Origin: Kiritimatiellia bacterium
GTDB lineage: Bacteria > Verrucomicrobiota > Kiritimatiellia > RFP12 > UBA1067
Direction: 5' to 3'
Length of the DNA: 64,000 nucleotides
NCBI GenBank assembly: GCA_027858965.1
Contig: JAQIBS010000018.1
Coordinates: 18,550 to 82,549 of the forward strand
Each line of letters begins with the position of its first letter. Positions within the stretch are counted from its first letter, which is position 1. Both the position numbers and the translations under genes were made by a program. Of this stretch, positions 39,788 through 48,936 are shown one piece after another. The notes under the pieces were generated by a model. That model was not told the DNA's origin. It saw only the letters and a program-made list of their open reading frames with translations, and ran no database searches.

Positions 39788-41500
39788 ATGAAGAACGGTT
39801 TGTTTGTTAGTAATCTCGTAATCGGGGTGTTCATTCTGACGTTCTCTACTGTTACAGCTGAGGTCGATTACGGAGAACCGCCGGTGATTGCGCCTTTCCC
39901 GGCAAAGCTTGATTCGCATTGCATTAATAAATGGTGGAAGCACCTGCCCAAGCAAGGAACAAACAAACGCGGGCGTCCTTTTAAAATTGTGGATATCGAT
40001 GTGCCGCGTGATCAGGTGGTCTGCTTTGGTATGTATACGGTTCAGAAGGGCGTAATGAAAATGACCGCTCAGCTTTTTCCGCTCTATCCAAAAGAGAGCC
40101 GTACTGTGCGTCTGGAGCTCAAGCGGAATGACCAATGGAAAGAGGTCCAGACGCAGACTGTGAATGATATCGGTTGGTCGGCCCTTTTTAGAATCGAGAG
40201 CTGGGATCAATCTAAGGATGTACCCTATCGTTTACGCCACGGCAAAAATGCTATGTTTGAGGGGCTGATTCGTAAGGATCCTGTTGACAAGGATGAGATT
40301 GTGGTCGGTTCTCTGAATTGCAACTCAAATGCCAATCGCAAACCACGAACTGACATTGTTAATAATATTAAATATTTCAACCCGGATCTGCTCTACTTCG
40401 CAGGAGATCAGAGCTATGACCATATTCAGCATACCTCGGCCTGGTTGCTTTTCGGATTGCATTTCAGAGAGGTTTTTAAAGATAGGCCCTGTATTACAAT
40501 TCCTGATGATCATGATGTGGGCCATGGTAATCTCTGGGGTGAGGGCGGCAAGAAATCAACGACTCCAGCCGGACATGATGGTGGCTATTTTTATCACCAT
40601 GAGTATGTGAAGATGGTGGAACGCTGTCAGACATCTCATCTGCCTGACCCTGATGATCCAACACCTGTATTGCAGGGTATAGGTGTTTATTATACCAGTT
40701 TGACCCTTGGCGGTATCGATTTTGCCATTGTGGAGGATCGCAAGTTTAAAAGCGGACCATCTGGAAAGATTCCGCAGATGGGGCCGCGTCCTGATCATGT
40801 TCGTGATCCCAATTATGATCCAGCCAAGATAGATCTTCCGGGATTGAAACTGCTTGGTGACCGTCAGCTTCTGTTCCTGAAAGATTGGGGTCAGCAGTGG
40901 GATAATGTCAGTATGAAAGTTGTTCTTTCCCAGACCGGATTCTGCGGCGGCGCCCATCGTCATGGTAATTATGAAAATCTGCTGCATGCGGATCTGGACA
41001 GCAATGGCTGGCCACAGACAGGACGCAATAAAGCCCTGCAGGCAATTCAGGATGCAGGCGCTGTCCACCTGGCTGGTGATCAGCATATTACAACATTGAT
41101 ACGTCATGGCATTAAAGAGTTCGGAGATGGCCCTTTTGCTTTTGTTGCTCCGGCTATTGTTAATAATTATTATAAACGCTGGTGGGAGCCTGCAGATAAA
41201 AAACCCGGTGCTAATCGCGAGAAGAACAGCCCTCTGCCATATACCGGTGATTACCTGGATGGCTTTAATAATAAAATTACGATGTATGCATATGCCAATC
41301 CGGAAGAGAAGGTCCAGCGAGGAGGTTTCGGTCTGGTTCGTTTCAATAAAAAGGAGCGAACGATTACCTTTGAAAGCTGGGATCGTGAGATTGATGCAAC
41401 TCGCCCGGATGCTAAACCAATGTCTGGCTGGCCACGTACAATCAAAGAGGTCGGCAAAAAAGGCAAGGCTCCTATCTGGGATATCCTTCCATTACAGTAA
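39788..41500 (+). CDS. Secreted PhoD-like metallophosphoesterase.
   Basis: 'FAGDQSYDH', 'ITIPDDHDVGHGN', 'LAGDQH' metallophosphatase motifs. Signal peptide. Confidence 0.5.
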   Translation: MKNGLFVSNLVIGVFILTFSTVTAEVDYGEPPVIAPFPAKLDSHCINKWWKHLPKQGTNKRGRPFKIVDIDVPRDQVVCFGMYTVQKGVMKMTAQLFPLYPKESRTVRLELKRNDQWKEVQTQTVNDIGWSALFRIESWDQSKDVPYRLRHGKNAMFEGLIRKDPVDKDEIVVGSLNCNSNANRKPRTDIVNNIKYFNPDLLYFAGDQSYDHIQHTSAWLLFGLHFREVFKDRPCITIPDDHDVGHGNLWGEGGKKSTTPAGHDGGYFYHHEYVKMVERCQTSHLPDPDDPTPVLQGIGVYYTSLTLGGIDFAIVEDRKFKSGPSGKIPQMGPRPDHVRDPNYDPAKIDLPGLKLLGDRQLLFLKDWGQQWDNVSMKVVLSQTGFCGGAHRHGNYENLLHADLDSNGWPQTGRNKALQAIQDAGAVHLAGDQHITTLIRHGIKEFGDGPFAFVAPAIVNNYYKRWWEPADKKPGANREKNSPLPYTGDYLDGFNNKITMYAYANPEEKVQRGGFGLVRFNKKERTITFESWDREIDATRPDAKPMSGWPRTIKEVGKKGKAPIWDILPLQ

Positions 41501-41506
41501 TCATCT

Positions 41507-41631
41507 TGTTTTTAATGCACGTTTTTTGTCTCTCACAGAGGCACAGAGTTCACAGAGTAATATCTTTAGTGGTTTTCTCTCCGTGTTCTGTGAGAAATAA
41601 TTCTTGGAGCAGTAATATCCTGTTAATCCTG
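41507..41631. repeat. Right arm of the inverted repeat. It starts 7 bp after the stop of the 39788..41500 gene.
   Basis: See 38347-38485. Confidence 0.8.
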
Positions 41632-41717
41632 TCAGAAAATTTGGTTGCGGCTATGCTGCGCTACGAACTTCTTGGTAAGAAAATTGGGTAGAGGGCGGAG
41701 CCCGGGTTAGGTATATT

Positions 41718-42260
41718 TTGAAAAAGTTTGTGACAGCACTTTTGGTTATTGCAGTTCTGGCTATTCTCTACTGGATAGAAATCAGCAAGATCGAGCTGCG
41801 TGATGCCGGTCTGATGCCGACGCTTGACAACCTTGAAAACGACTCAAATGGAGCGCTGTGGGATCTGTTCTATCGGGTTCGGGTTACCATTATTGATGGC
41901 AGAAGAGCATCATTTAGTATACCCTCCCAGCTGAAATCTATGGACGGGGAACTCATTTCTATTCAGGGTGCCGTTGCTTTCAGGGGGGATGGCGCACGGA
42001 TATTTGATGATGAATATGTGGCCGTTTCTTTCTTTGATATTGTTCCGCTGACTGGTATGACCTATGGGTGTGATACAATGCCTGATGTCGAGATGCGCTG
42101 GACAATTGTGGCCAATTTGAGTAAAGAGTGGATACTCTCCCGTGAGGAGATGATTGATGCACGGGCCAAGGTGCAGGGGCGTTTTCGTATTGATACATCA
42201 CAACCCTATAATGCGGCCTTCTTTATTGATGAGGCCAAGGCCGAGCTGATTTCTGAGTAA
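41718..42260 (+). CDS. Hypothetical membrane-anchored protein (TTG start).
   Basis: N-terminal TM helix 'ALLVIAVLAILYWI'. No recognised family. Confidence 0.3.
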   Translation: MKKFVTALLVIAVLAILYWIEISKIELRDAGLMPTLDNLENDSNGALWDLFYRVRVTIIDGRRASFSIPSQLKSMDGELISIQGAVAFRGDGARIFDDEYVAVSFFDIVPLTGMTYGCDTMPDVEMRWTIVANLSKEWILSREEMIDARAKVQGRFRIDTSQPYNAAFFIDEAKAELISE

Positions 42261-42482
42261 TAGTAGCTGTTAACTTGGATATTGGAAGTTCCGTGTTGGA
42301 TATTGGATATTTAATTACTAGCGTCCTATTGGGACGTAGAGGCTTGAGGCTTTAGACTATAGGCTGTTGGGCGAAAAGCGCTTTGCAATTGTTTGAAATT
42401 ATCAAACGATCTTTAAAAAGGAAGTGTATGAAATTGTGATTTTCCTAAAGCCTAAAGCCTAACCACCTAAAGCCTAACGGAC

Positions 42483-42530
42483 TGCATCCTACTTGTCAGG
42501 GCGTAGCCTTGGCGAAGACTGATGGGATGC
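42483..42530 (+). repeat. About 48-bp repeat 'tgcatcctacttgtcagggcgtagccttggcgaagactgatgggatgc'. Second copy at 49806-49852.
   Basis: Sequence comparison, about 88% identity. Shares a 'gcatcct' core with the hairpin repeat family. Confidence 0.65.
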
Positions 42531-42565
42531 CTGTGGATTTCATTACGGAGGAAAGCAACTTTAGT

Positions 42566-43762
42566 ATGCTGAAAATTTTATTTAATACATTGCTGGAATC
42601 AGCGCCGTATATTGTGCTCGGTTTTCTCATTGCCGGTTCTGTCAGAACCTGGGTGCCGCACCTTACATTAAAACGACATCTGGGGGGAAGCGGTTTTCAG
42701 GCGCTTTTAAAATCTGTGGGCGTTGGTTGTGTGTTGCCAATTTGCTCGTGTGGAACCATTCCTCTCGGGTTGGGTCTCTATCGTTGCGGAGCTGCCACCG
42801 GTAATGTTCTGGCTTTCATGACATCTGCTCCCGTCTTATCTCCCATATTGGTGTTGCTCTCACTCCGATTGCTTGGGAGTAAAGTCACGTTGGTTCTTCT
42901 CCTCTCAGCACTGTTCAGCTCTTTTTTAATCGGCGTGCTGGGTAATCGTCTTTTTGGCATTAAAGCGGATATTGAAGAAGATAATCTCTCTTTATCCTGT
43001 GATGACTGTAATTGTATGGAGGATAGAACTTTTGGTGTTAGAGTTAAAGAGTGCGTCCGATGGTCCTTTTTTGATCTTGGTGCGGAGGTCAGTATTGACA
43101 TAGTGATAGGTCTGTGTGTTGCTTCATTACTGCTGGCTGTACTGCCGCTGGAGTGGATATCCACCTGGTTGGGGCAACAGGACCTTTCGACTCTGCTTTA
43201 CGTGGTTATTCTTGGCATACCTGTTTATGCCTGTAGTATACCATCCATACCTGTTGTGCAGGGATTGTTGCTGATGGGCGCCAGCCCCGGAGCCGGCGTT
43301 GCATATATGCTGGCCGGTCCTGCAACTAACCTCGGTGAGCTGAATGCGATCCGACATTTAATGGGTTGGAAAACAATGGCCTTTTATACATTGATGCTGG
43401 TGGTAATGGCGCTTGCGGCCGGGGTGATTACGGATCAGTTTATTTTTCCGGATTATCAGTATCATGCGTATAGACAACAGGGGAATCTGATTGTTAAACA
43501 GTGCTGTGTGCCTCTGATGTTCGGCGATACAATGGGGGATCAGATTATCGGCAATATTACATCACCTGTTTGGCACTGGCCGTTCGGAATTACACTGATT
43601 TTTGTGATCGGTTGCGGAGTTTTCAAAAAGTTGAAGTATTTCTTTTTAAATCCCTGTCTGGGGTGTACACGTCTTGAATTTATGGAAGGTAAATGCGGAG
43701 GAAAGTGTCATGTGAGGCGCAAATATGATTTACTGAGCTGGATATGGAAAAAGCCGCATTGA
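42566..43762 (+). CDS. DUF318/YraQ-type permease with a Cys-rich C-terminal tail.
   Basis: 'LPICSCGTIPLGLGL' is the permease CSC motif. Start ATG 42566 after GGAGGAAAG. C-terminal 'NPCLGCTRLEFMEGKCGGKCH'. Confidence 0.5.
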   Translation: MLKILFNTLLESAPYIVLGFLIAGSVRTWVPHLTLKRHLGGSGFQALLKSVGVGCVLPICSCGTIPLGLGLYRCGAATGNVLAFMTSAPVLSPILVLLSLRLLGSKVTLVLLLSALFSSFLIGVLGNRLFGIKADIEEDNLSLSCDDCNCMEDRTFGVRVKECVRWSFFDLGAEVSIDIVIGLCVASLLLAVLPLEWISTWLGQQDLSTLLYVVILGIPVYACSIPSIPVVQGLLLMGASPGAGVAYMLAGPATNLGELNAIRHLMGWKTMAFYTLMLVVMALAAGVITDQFIFPDYQYHAYRQQGNLIVKQCCVPLMFGDTMGDQIIGNITSPVWHWPFGITLIFVIGCGVFKKLKYFFLNPCLGCTRLEFMEGKCGGKCHVRRKYDLLSWIWKKPH

Positions 43763-44116
43763 TTGTCAGGCGTTGTATGGGCGCATCCTGCTTGTTTTGT
43801 TAAGCCCGAAGGGCTGATATTATTGTATACAAACAATTTTAATCCAGGTGGAACCCCGAAGGTGGTGACATTATAACAAGCGCTCAGAAATAATTTCACC
43901 CTTTCAGGGTTTATAGATGTTTAATATGGCAACTACAATAATTTCAACCCGTCGGGTTTATTTTATATAATAACTGCGCGCAACATAAGCTGACTTGCGC
44001 CCAGCGGCAGATTCATTAGGATATTCTTATGGTGAAATTTGGCTGAATCGGTTAAAGTTATTTTAAGTTAAGAAATCAGAAAACCTCTTTCACAGGGTTT
44101 GGTTATAAAAGGATAA

Positions 44117-44536
44117 ATGATGTTAAGATCAGAGAGAGATGCTTTAAAAACAGGAATACCTATAATTGACAAGCAGCATGATGAGTATGCTGACCTGGTT
44201 GATAGTTTCTTTAAAATGGCTGAACAGGGGAATGTTTCTAGAGCGGCTCTCGCTCTCGAGATGAATAAGGTGTTGAAGTATGCCATTGAGCACTTTGATA
44301 CAGAGGAGCAGTTTATGCGTTCATTGAATTATCCACATTACGAGGAGCATTATACCAAGCATAATATCTTTCGTGATAGAACTGACAGCTGTTGTGTTGA
44401 GATTGAGAGTGCTTGCGATATAGATGTCTGTGCCATCACGATGAGCAAGTGGTTGATTAACTGGTTCTGTGATCAGGTACAGACCGATGATATGAAGTTA
44501 GCTGAGTTTGTTAAGTCACAAAATTGGGTGATCTAG
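44117..44536 (+). CDS. Hemerythrin-like (bacteriohemerythrin) protein.
   Basis: 'IDKQHDEY...', 'HFDTEEQFM...YP.YEEHYTKH' HHE cation-binding pattern. Confidence 0.65.
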   Translation: MMLRSERDALKTGIPIIDKQHDEYADLVDSFFKMAEQGNVSRAALALEMNKVLKYAIEHFDTEEQFMRSLNYPHYEEHYTKHNIFRDRTDSCCVEIESACDIDVCAITMSKWLINWFCDQVQTDDMKLAEFVKSQNWVI

Positions 44537-44546
44537 GAATTTTCAT

Positions 44547-45905
44547 ATGCGATTTTTAATAGCAACTTTGTTTTTTTCTCTTTCATTATCTGGATTTGCA
44601 GTTGATTTTACAGGTCCTGGAGGATGGTCTCTTGTCAATACTAATGCCGTTAAAAACTGGCAGGAGAGTCATGCTGATAAAAGTACGCTGGCCTTGAGAG
44701 GCGTGGTTGCCGATAAAGCCAAACGTGAGGTGCGTCTGCTGGCTGAGGCCGTCGGACATTCAGGAGGCACGACTACCGAGTTTCTGATGGTCGGCCCGGG
44801 GAGTGATCGCGCTTATGAAGCGGCTGCCGTTACAGTTGCCTCGCCAGGGGATATTGTTAAAGCTGTGGAGTCTCTTGGAATAAAGCGGGGTGCGTGTGTT
44901 GACAGCACTCAGTTCAGATTCTGGTCATTTGGTGAACGTTTTCAGATCTATATTAGAAGAATGGATGTCGATGGGGCTGAAGAGCGTCTGTTCAGTTCAA
45001 TTCTTAAAGACAGTGAACCGGATAAATCATTCTTAGCCGATGGTTTTGTTTTTACAGGAGGCGATTGGGAAAGTGTGGATGAAAAATCTCGCTGTCTGAC
45101 CGATTCGGAAGCGCCCTGTTCCGTTGTCTCCCTTTATAATGAGAGCAGTTCTATCTTTGATCTACCGCAGCAGGTTGGTCAGAGTCAGGTTTATGGTCGA
45201 TTGACTCTAGTGGAAAAAATACCCTATGGAACCCTGTTGGAGGTGATTTTACGTCCGATGAATAGCGATTTAAAGGTGCTTCCTCTTGAAGTGAAAGCTA
45301 TGGCTGTGGATGGCGCCCTGCATTTGAATACAAAGTGTGAGCGAGCAGGAGTAGAGCGCAGTGAGGCTGTTGATAGTGCTATTGCATGGATGCGATCACA
45401 GACAGAAGCTGGTAAAGATATATTCGTTACACTTGAATTTGATATGAGCCTTAGCTTGAAACAGGCCCGTGATGCAGCTAATCTTTTTAAAATTCTTGAT
45501 GGTACCGGTTTGAAACTCTATGGCAGGGCAACCAAGGGTCTCTATTATCAGGCGTTATTGCCGCAGGAGAGTTGGCGCAAAAGAGAGGGGCGTAATCCAC
45601 AACCTTTTGAAGTCACTATTACCCGTGAAACATCGGGAGCTCTTAAGAAAAAACTGGTTTTTATTGAAGAGGACTGGAGTGGCGAGGGGCTTGACCCTAA
45701 GCTGACACCTAAGGAGTATCCTTTTGAAGATTGGTCTGAACTGGAACCTCTTGTGATTAAGGTCGGGGGGGCTGATAATAAGGTGGCTGTCCTGTTTTTC
45801 TTTGTGCCCTCCGATATGAAGCTTTCCGAGTTTATGCCCGGTGTAAATGCTTTGAGTAAACGTCTGCCTCTGGTTCATGTTTTTGCTGACCCTTCCATAC
45901 AGTAA
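44547..45905 (+). CDS. Hypothetical secreted protein.
   Basis: Signal peptide MRFLIATLFFSLSLSGFA. No recognised domain. Confidence 0.35.
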   Translation: MRFLIATLFFSLSLSGFAVDFTGPGGWSLVNTNAVKNWQESHADKSTLALRGVVADKAKREVRLLAEAVGHSGGTTTEFLMVGPGSDRAYEAAAVTVASPGDIVKAVESLGIKRGACVDSTQFRFWSFGERFQIYIRRMDVDGAEERLFSSILKDSEPDKSFLADGFVFTGGDWESVDEKSRCLTDSEAPCSVVSLYNESSSIFDLPQQVGQSQVYGRLTLVEKIPYGTLLEVILRPMNSDLKVLPLEVKAMAVDGALHLNTKCERAGVERSEAVDSAIAWMRSQTEAGKDIFVTLEFDMSLSLKQARDAANLFKILDGTGLKLYGRATKGLYYQALLPQESWRKREGRNPQPFEVTITRETSGALKKKLVFIEEDWSGEGLDPKLTPKEYPFEDWSELEPLVIKVGGADNKVAVLFFFVPSDMKLSEFMPGVNALSKRLPLVHVFADPSIQ

Positions 45906-45939
45906 GTGCTTGAATCGGTGCAATCAACATCATTAAAAG

Positions 45940-46000
45940 TAGCCCAAGCATCCTGCTTGGTTTATTATTAAGGCAAGCAGGATGCTTGCACTACTTTATT
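45940..46000 (-). repeat. Hairpin repeat element, copy 3, inverted relative to copies 1 and 2. Followed by 'tttatttt', so a possible terminator.
   Basis: 'caagcatcctgcttg gtttattattaagg caagcaggatgcttg'. The loop is the reverse complement of the loops in copies 1 and 2. Confidence 0.65.
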
Positions 46001-46133
46001 TTGCATTAATTCACTTGCGGGAGATTCAACGGAATTTGCGCTGGATTTTTTAGTACTTCTAATACTTGTGTTATCGTTGCAAGATTGATACTATGTACAA
46101 GTAAACAATAAAACAACTAAAGGAGATATAACT

Positions 46134-46712
46134 ATGGCTTCTATAAAAGGAACCCAGACTGAGAAGAATGTCTTAACTGCATTTGCCGGTGAGTCTGCAG
46201 CACGTAATCGTTATACATATTGGGCATCCAAGGCTACAAAAGATGGCTATGTTCAGATCTCAGCAATTTTTGAAGAGACCGCCGCTCAGGAAAAAGAGCA
46301 TGCTAAACGCCTTTTCAAGTTTCTTGAGGGTGGTGAAGTAGAGATTAATATCGGACTTCCTGCCGGTGTTATTGGTGACACACTTGATAATCTTAAAGAT
46401 GCGGCAACTGGTGAAGAGCATGAGTGGCAGCATATGTACCCTGACTTTGCAAAAGTCGCTCGTGAAGAGGGTTTTGGGGTGATTGCAAAAGCAATGGAGA
46501 GCATTGCTGTTGCCGAGAAATTCCATGGTGAACGCTATCGCGCTCTGGCTGCCAATATAGAGAATGGCGTTGTTTTTAAACGCGACTCAGAGCAGACCGT
46601 CTGGCGTTGCCGTAACTGTGGTTACCTTCACGTTGGTAGCGAAGCTATATCTGTATGTCCTGCATGTATACATCCTCAGGCTCATTTTGAGTTGCAGCCT
46701 ATCAACTGGTAG
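46134..46712 (+). CDS. Rubrerythrin.
   Basis: Ferritin-like diiron domain ('QEKEHAKRLFKFLEGG') plus C-terminal rubredoxin-like 'CRNCGY...CPAC'. Confidence 0.85.
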   Translation: MASIKGTQTEKNVLTAFAGESAARNRYTYWASKATKDGYVQISAIFEETAAQEKEHAKRLFKFLEGGEVEINIGLPAGVIGDTLDNLKDAATGEEHEWQHMYPDFAKVAREEGFGVIAKAMESIAVAEKFHGERYRALAANIENGVVFKRDSEQTVWRCRNCGYLHVGSEAISVCPACIHPQAHFELQPINW

Positions 46713-46751
46713 TTGAAAACGTTCAAGGCGTTGAAGTCGAGGGCGGAATGA

Positions 46752-46788
46752 TAAAAAAGAGCGAAGGAATAAACCTTCGCTCTTTTTA
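46752..46788 (+). terminator. Rho-independent terminator (bidirectional).
   Basis: 'aaaaaagagcgaagg aataaa ccttcgctcttttt'. Confidence 0.75.
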
Positions 46789-47131
46789 TGTTCAGAATTT
46801 GACTGACTTCGCGGAGCGCTACCTTTAATTCAATGTTGGACGTTCGAACTTGCGGGACATCAGCGTTAGGCCCTTCACCGAAGGGCAAGACAAACAAGTT
46901 GGTCGTTAAAAACATGTTGTCGGTGGGTTCATTTCGTTATGGGCATAGCGCATAGGGCAGAGCGCATAGCGTTGTTTGGCAACGCTGATTCTTCTCCATG
47001 CGCTATGCTCTCTGCGCTATGCCGTTCGTGCGTAGCACGGATATAGTAGCTATTCGCTCAACTACTGTTACAAAAAACAAGAAATTCGCGATAGTTAAAG
47101 TGGTTAAAATTGCATTGGTTAACATTCGGTT

Positions 47132-47809
47132 TTATTTTACGTTCCAGTGCTTTTTATCTACAAGAATCCAATGCCCATATCTTCTTCTGAAAGTAAGTGC
47201 CTCTCCTTTGCCACTCTTAATGTCATACTCTACCCCGGTTTTTATCCAGGCAGTTGTTCTGTTATAGAATTTAATATGTAAAATTCTTTTGTCTGTATAA
47301 ATATCAGTGTGTTCAATTATCTTAATGATAGAGTTGATTTCGTGTGCATTTTCTGGAAAGCGTTTTAGTATCTCTCTCTTGAAAAAAAGATTATGTTTGT
47401 GTGCAAATCTTTCAAGCGTACTCATATTGCCTTTTTTCATCAGCTTTGTCTGGGCAATTTGCTTTCTTAATTGATAACGCTCGTTCTTCAGGTGTTTGAA
47501 ATCACGTATTCTGTAATAGCCATTTTTGTTTTTGCCCTGCCTGGTTTGTTCAGCAGCTTCTTTCAGCATGATATTGATTTTTTTTGTTAGGTTATTTTGC
47601 TGTTCCTTCAGTTGTGTAAGCCTGTCGTCAATTGCCTGATTTGAATGAGGCCAATATGGCTGAATGCTTATAGGAGCTTTGCACCCGAAATCTATTTTTG
47701 CTAGCTGTTTGTTCAGAATAGCATTTTTGTATAAATAGATGCCTGTGCCAATAGATGCAATAAGAGAGAGTATGATCAGCGTCTTGAGCAGGGTTTTGTT
47801 TTTTGCCAT
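47132..47809 (-). CDS. Hypothetical membrane-anchored, Lys-rich protein in an AT-rich segment.
   Basis: N-terminal TM 'TLIILSLIASIGTGIYL'. Noticeably lower GC than the flanks. Confidence 0.4.
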   Translation of the reverse strand: MAKNKTLLKTLIILSLIASIGTGIYLYKNAILNKQLAKIDFGCKAPISIQPYWPHSNQAIDDRLTQLKEQQNNLTKKINIMLKEAAEQTRQGKNKNGYYRIRDFKHLKNERYQLRKQIAQTKLMKKGNMSTLERFAHKHNLFFKREILKRFPENAHEINSIIKIIEHTDIYTDKRILHIKFYNRTTAWIKTGVEYDIKSGKGEALTFRRRYGHWILVDKKHWNVK

Positions 47810-47974
47810 TTCTGTAACTTTCGTTTATCCAGAAAGCTAGTTTTGCAGGGTTGCCATATGACTAGTTGGATGCGTTTATTTTACTGTTATTGATCCTGTT
47901 TGTCAAATCAGATCCCCGGATGGATTATTGCATGCATCCCGTTATCGTTTTGTGTCTTTCCTTGTTGCCGAGGT

Positions 47975-48421
47975 TTATACCTCGACCAATCCCAAGGGTT
48001 TCGCCGTGCGCCATGCGCCGCGTGTGAAATCCGGCACCTCGACAGCGCTGCCGCCTTGCAACACCGAGCGTTCGGTTAACTCCACCAGTGAACTCCACGT
48101 CACGCCGTCATACACGTCCTGATCTAGAGGCAAGCCATTCAGCAGACAATGGCAAAGGCGGTACGTCATGACGTAGTCCATGCCGCCATGACCGCCATGG
48201 TTCTTGGCTAGCTCGCCAATCTTCCGCCACAGCGGATGGGTATATTTCGCCTTCAGCTCAGCCAGTGCTTGATCGTTCAGCCAAGCATGCGGCGCTGGTT
48301 CAAGAGCCACACGCAATGGATAAGAGCGAAGCGTACCTTTGGTTCCGGAGATTAGATTGATGCGATCATACGGGCGTGGGCTATAGCGACCGTACTGCAC
48401 CATGATTGTACGGCCCTTCAC
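47975..48421 (-). pseudogene. C-terminal fragment of a Gfo/Idh/MocA-family (GH109-like) oxidoreductase.
   Basis: 'GGHGGMDYVMTYRLCHCLLNGLPLDQDVYDGVTWSSLVELTERSV' matches the C-terminal region of GH109-type enzymes. No N-terminal Rossmann domain. GTG start only. Confidence 0.5.
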
Positions 48422-48432
48422 GGTCTTGATGA

Positions 48433-48526
48433 TTGACGGCCATTTTATCCCGCCTTAGCTTTAGCGGCGGCGGAAGCCGAAGGCGACGGCTGTTTGTTGC
48501 AGCTTCTGAGCTATAAGCAACTAACA
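48433..48526 (+). repeat. Copy 2 of the 18962-19024 repeat, with a 37-bp insertion. It overlaps the 3' end of cbiX.
   Basis: Sequence comparison. Confidence 0.7.
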
Positions 48527-48892
48527 GTGCATCGAGTTAACTATCTCTATTAGTAAACCCGCCATCAGGTCTGAATCTCCCAGGTGAGGAGCAATCTTGA
48601 TGGACACATCGGGGTGTTGTTTTGCAGCCTCTTTGACTATGTCGGGAATGTCAGAAACAACATGGCGGCCGGAGTTGAGAAAATAGGGAATCAGGGTGAT
48701 TGAGCTTGCTCCCTCTTTAATACACGCTACGATACCTTCTGGGATCGAGGGTTTAGCAACATCCAGAAAAGCCGTATGGACGATATCATAGTTGATAGAG
48801 TCATCTCTCTTGAGCTGATTTGCCAGTTCAAAAACCTCGTCGTTTGATTGTTGATGGCGGCTGCCGTGAGCGACTAATAATAATGCGTTCAA
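48521..48892 (-). CDS. cbiX: Small CbiX-type sirohydrochlorin chelatase (CbiX-S)-like protein.
   Basis: 'ALLLVAHGSR...' N-terminus and '...LIPYFLNSGRHVVSDIP' are typical of CbiX/SirB. 123 aa. Confidence 0.55.
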   Translation of the reverse strand: MNALLLVAHGSRHQQSNDEVFELANQLKRDDSINYDIVHTAFLDVAKPSIPEGIVACIKEGASSITLIPYFLNSGRHVVSDIPDIVKEAAKQHPDVSIKIAPHLGDSDLMAGLLIEIVNSMHC

Positions 48893-48936
48893 TTAATAAA
48901 CTCCCTTTCCTGCCTTGAATCTGCGAAGCAAAGACA

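Noticed and set aside
46920-47010. Complex 'gcatagcgcataggg...cgctatgctctctgcgctatgcc' inverted-repeat structure
   Set aside because: It has imperfect arms with a nested gcgttg/caacgc hairpin. There is no second copy in the window and no clear function, so it is noted only.
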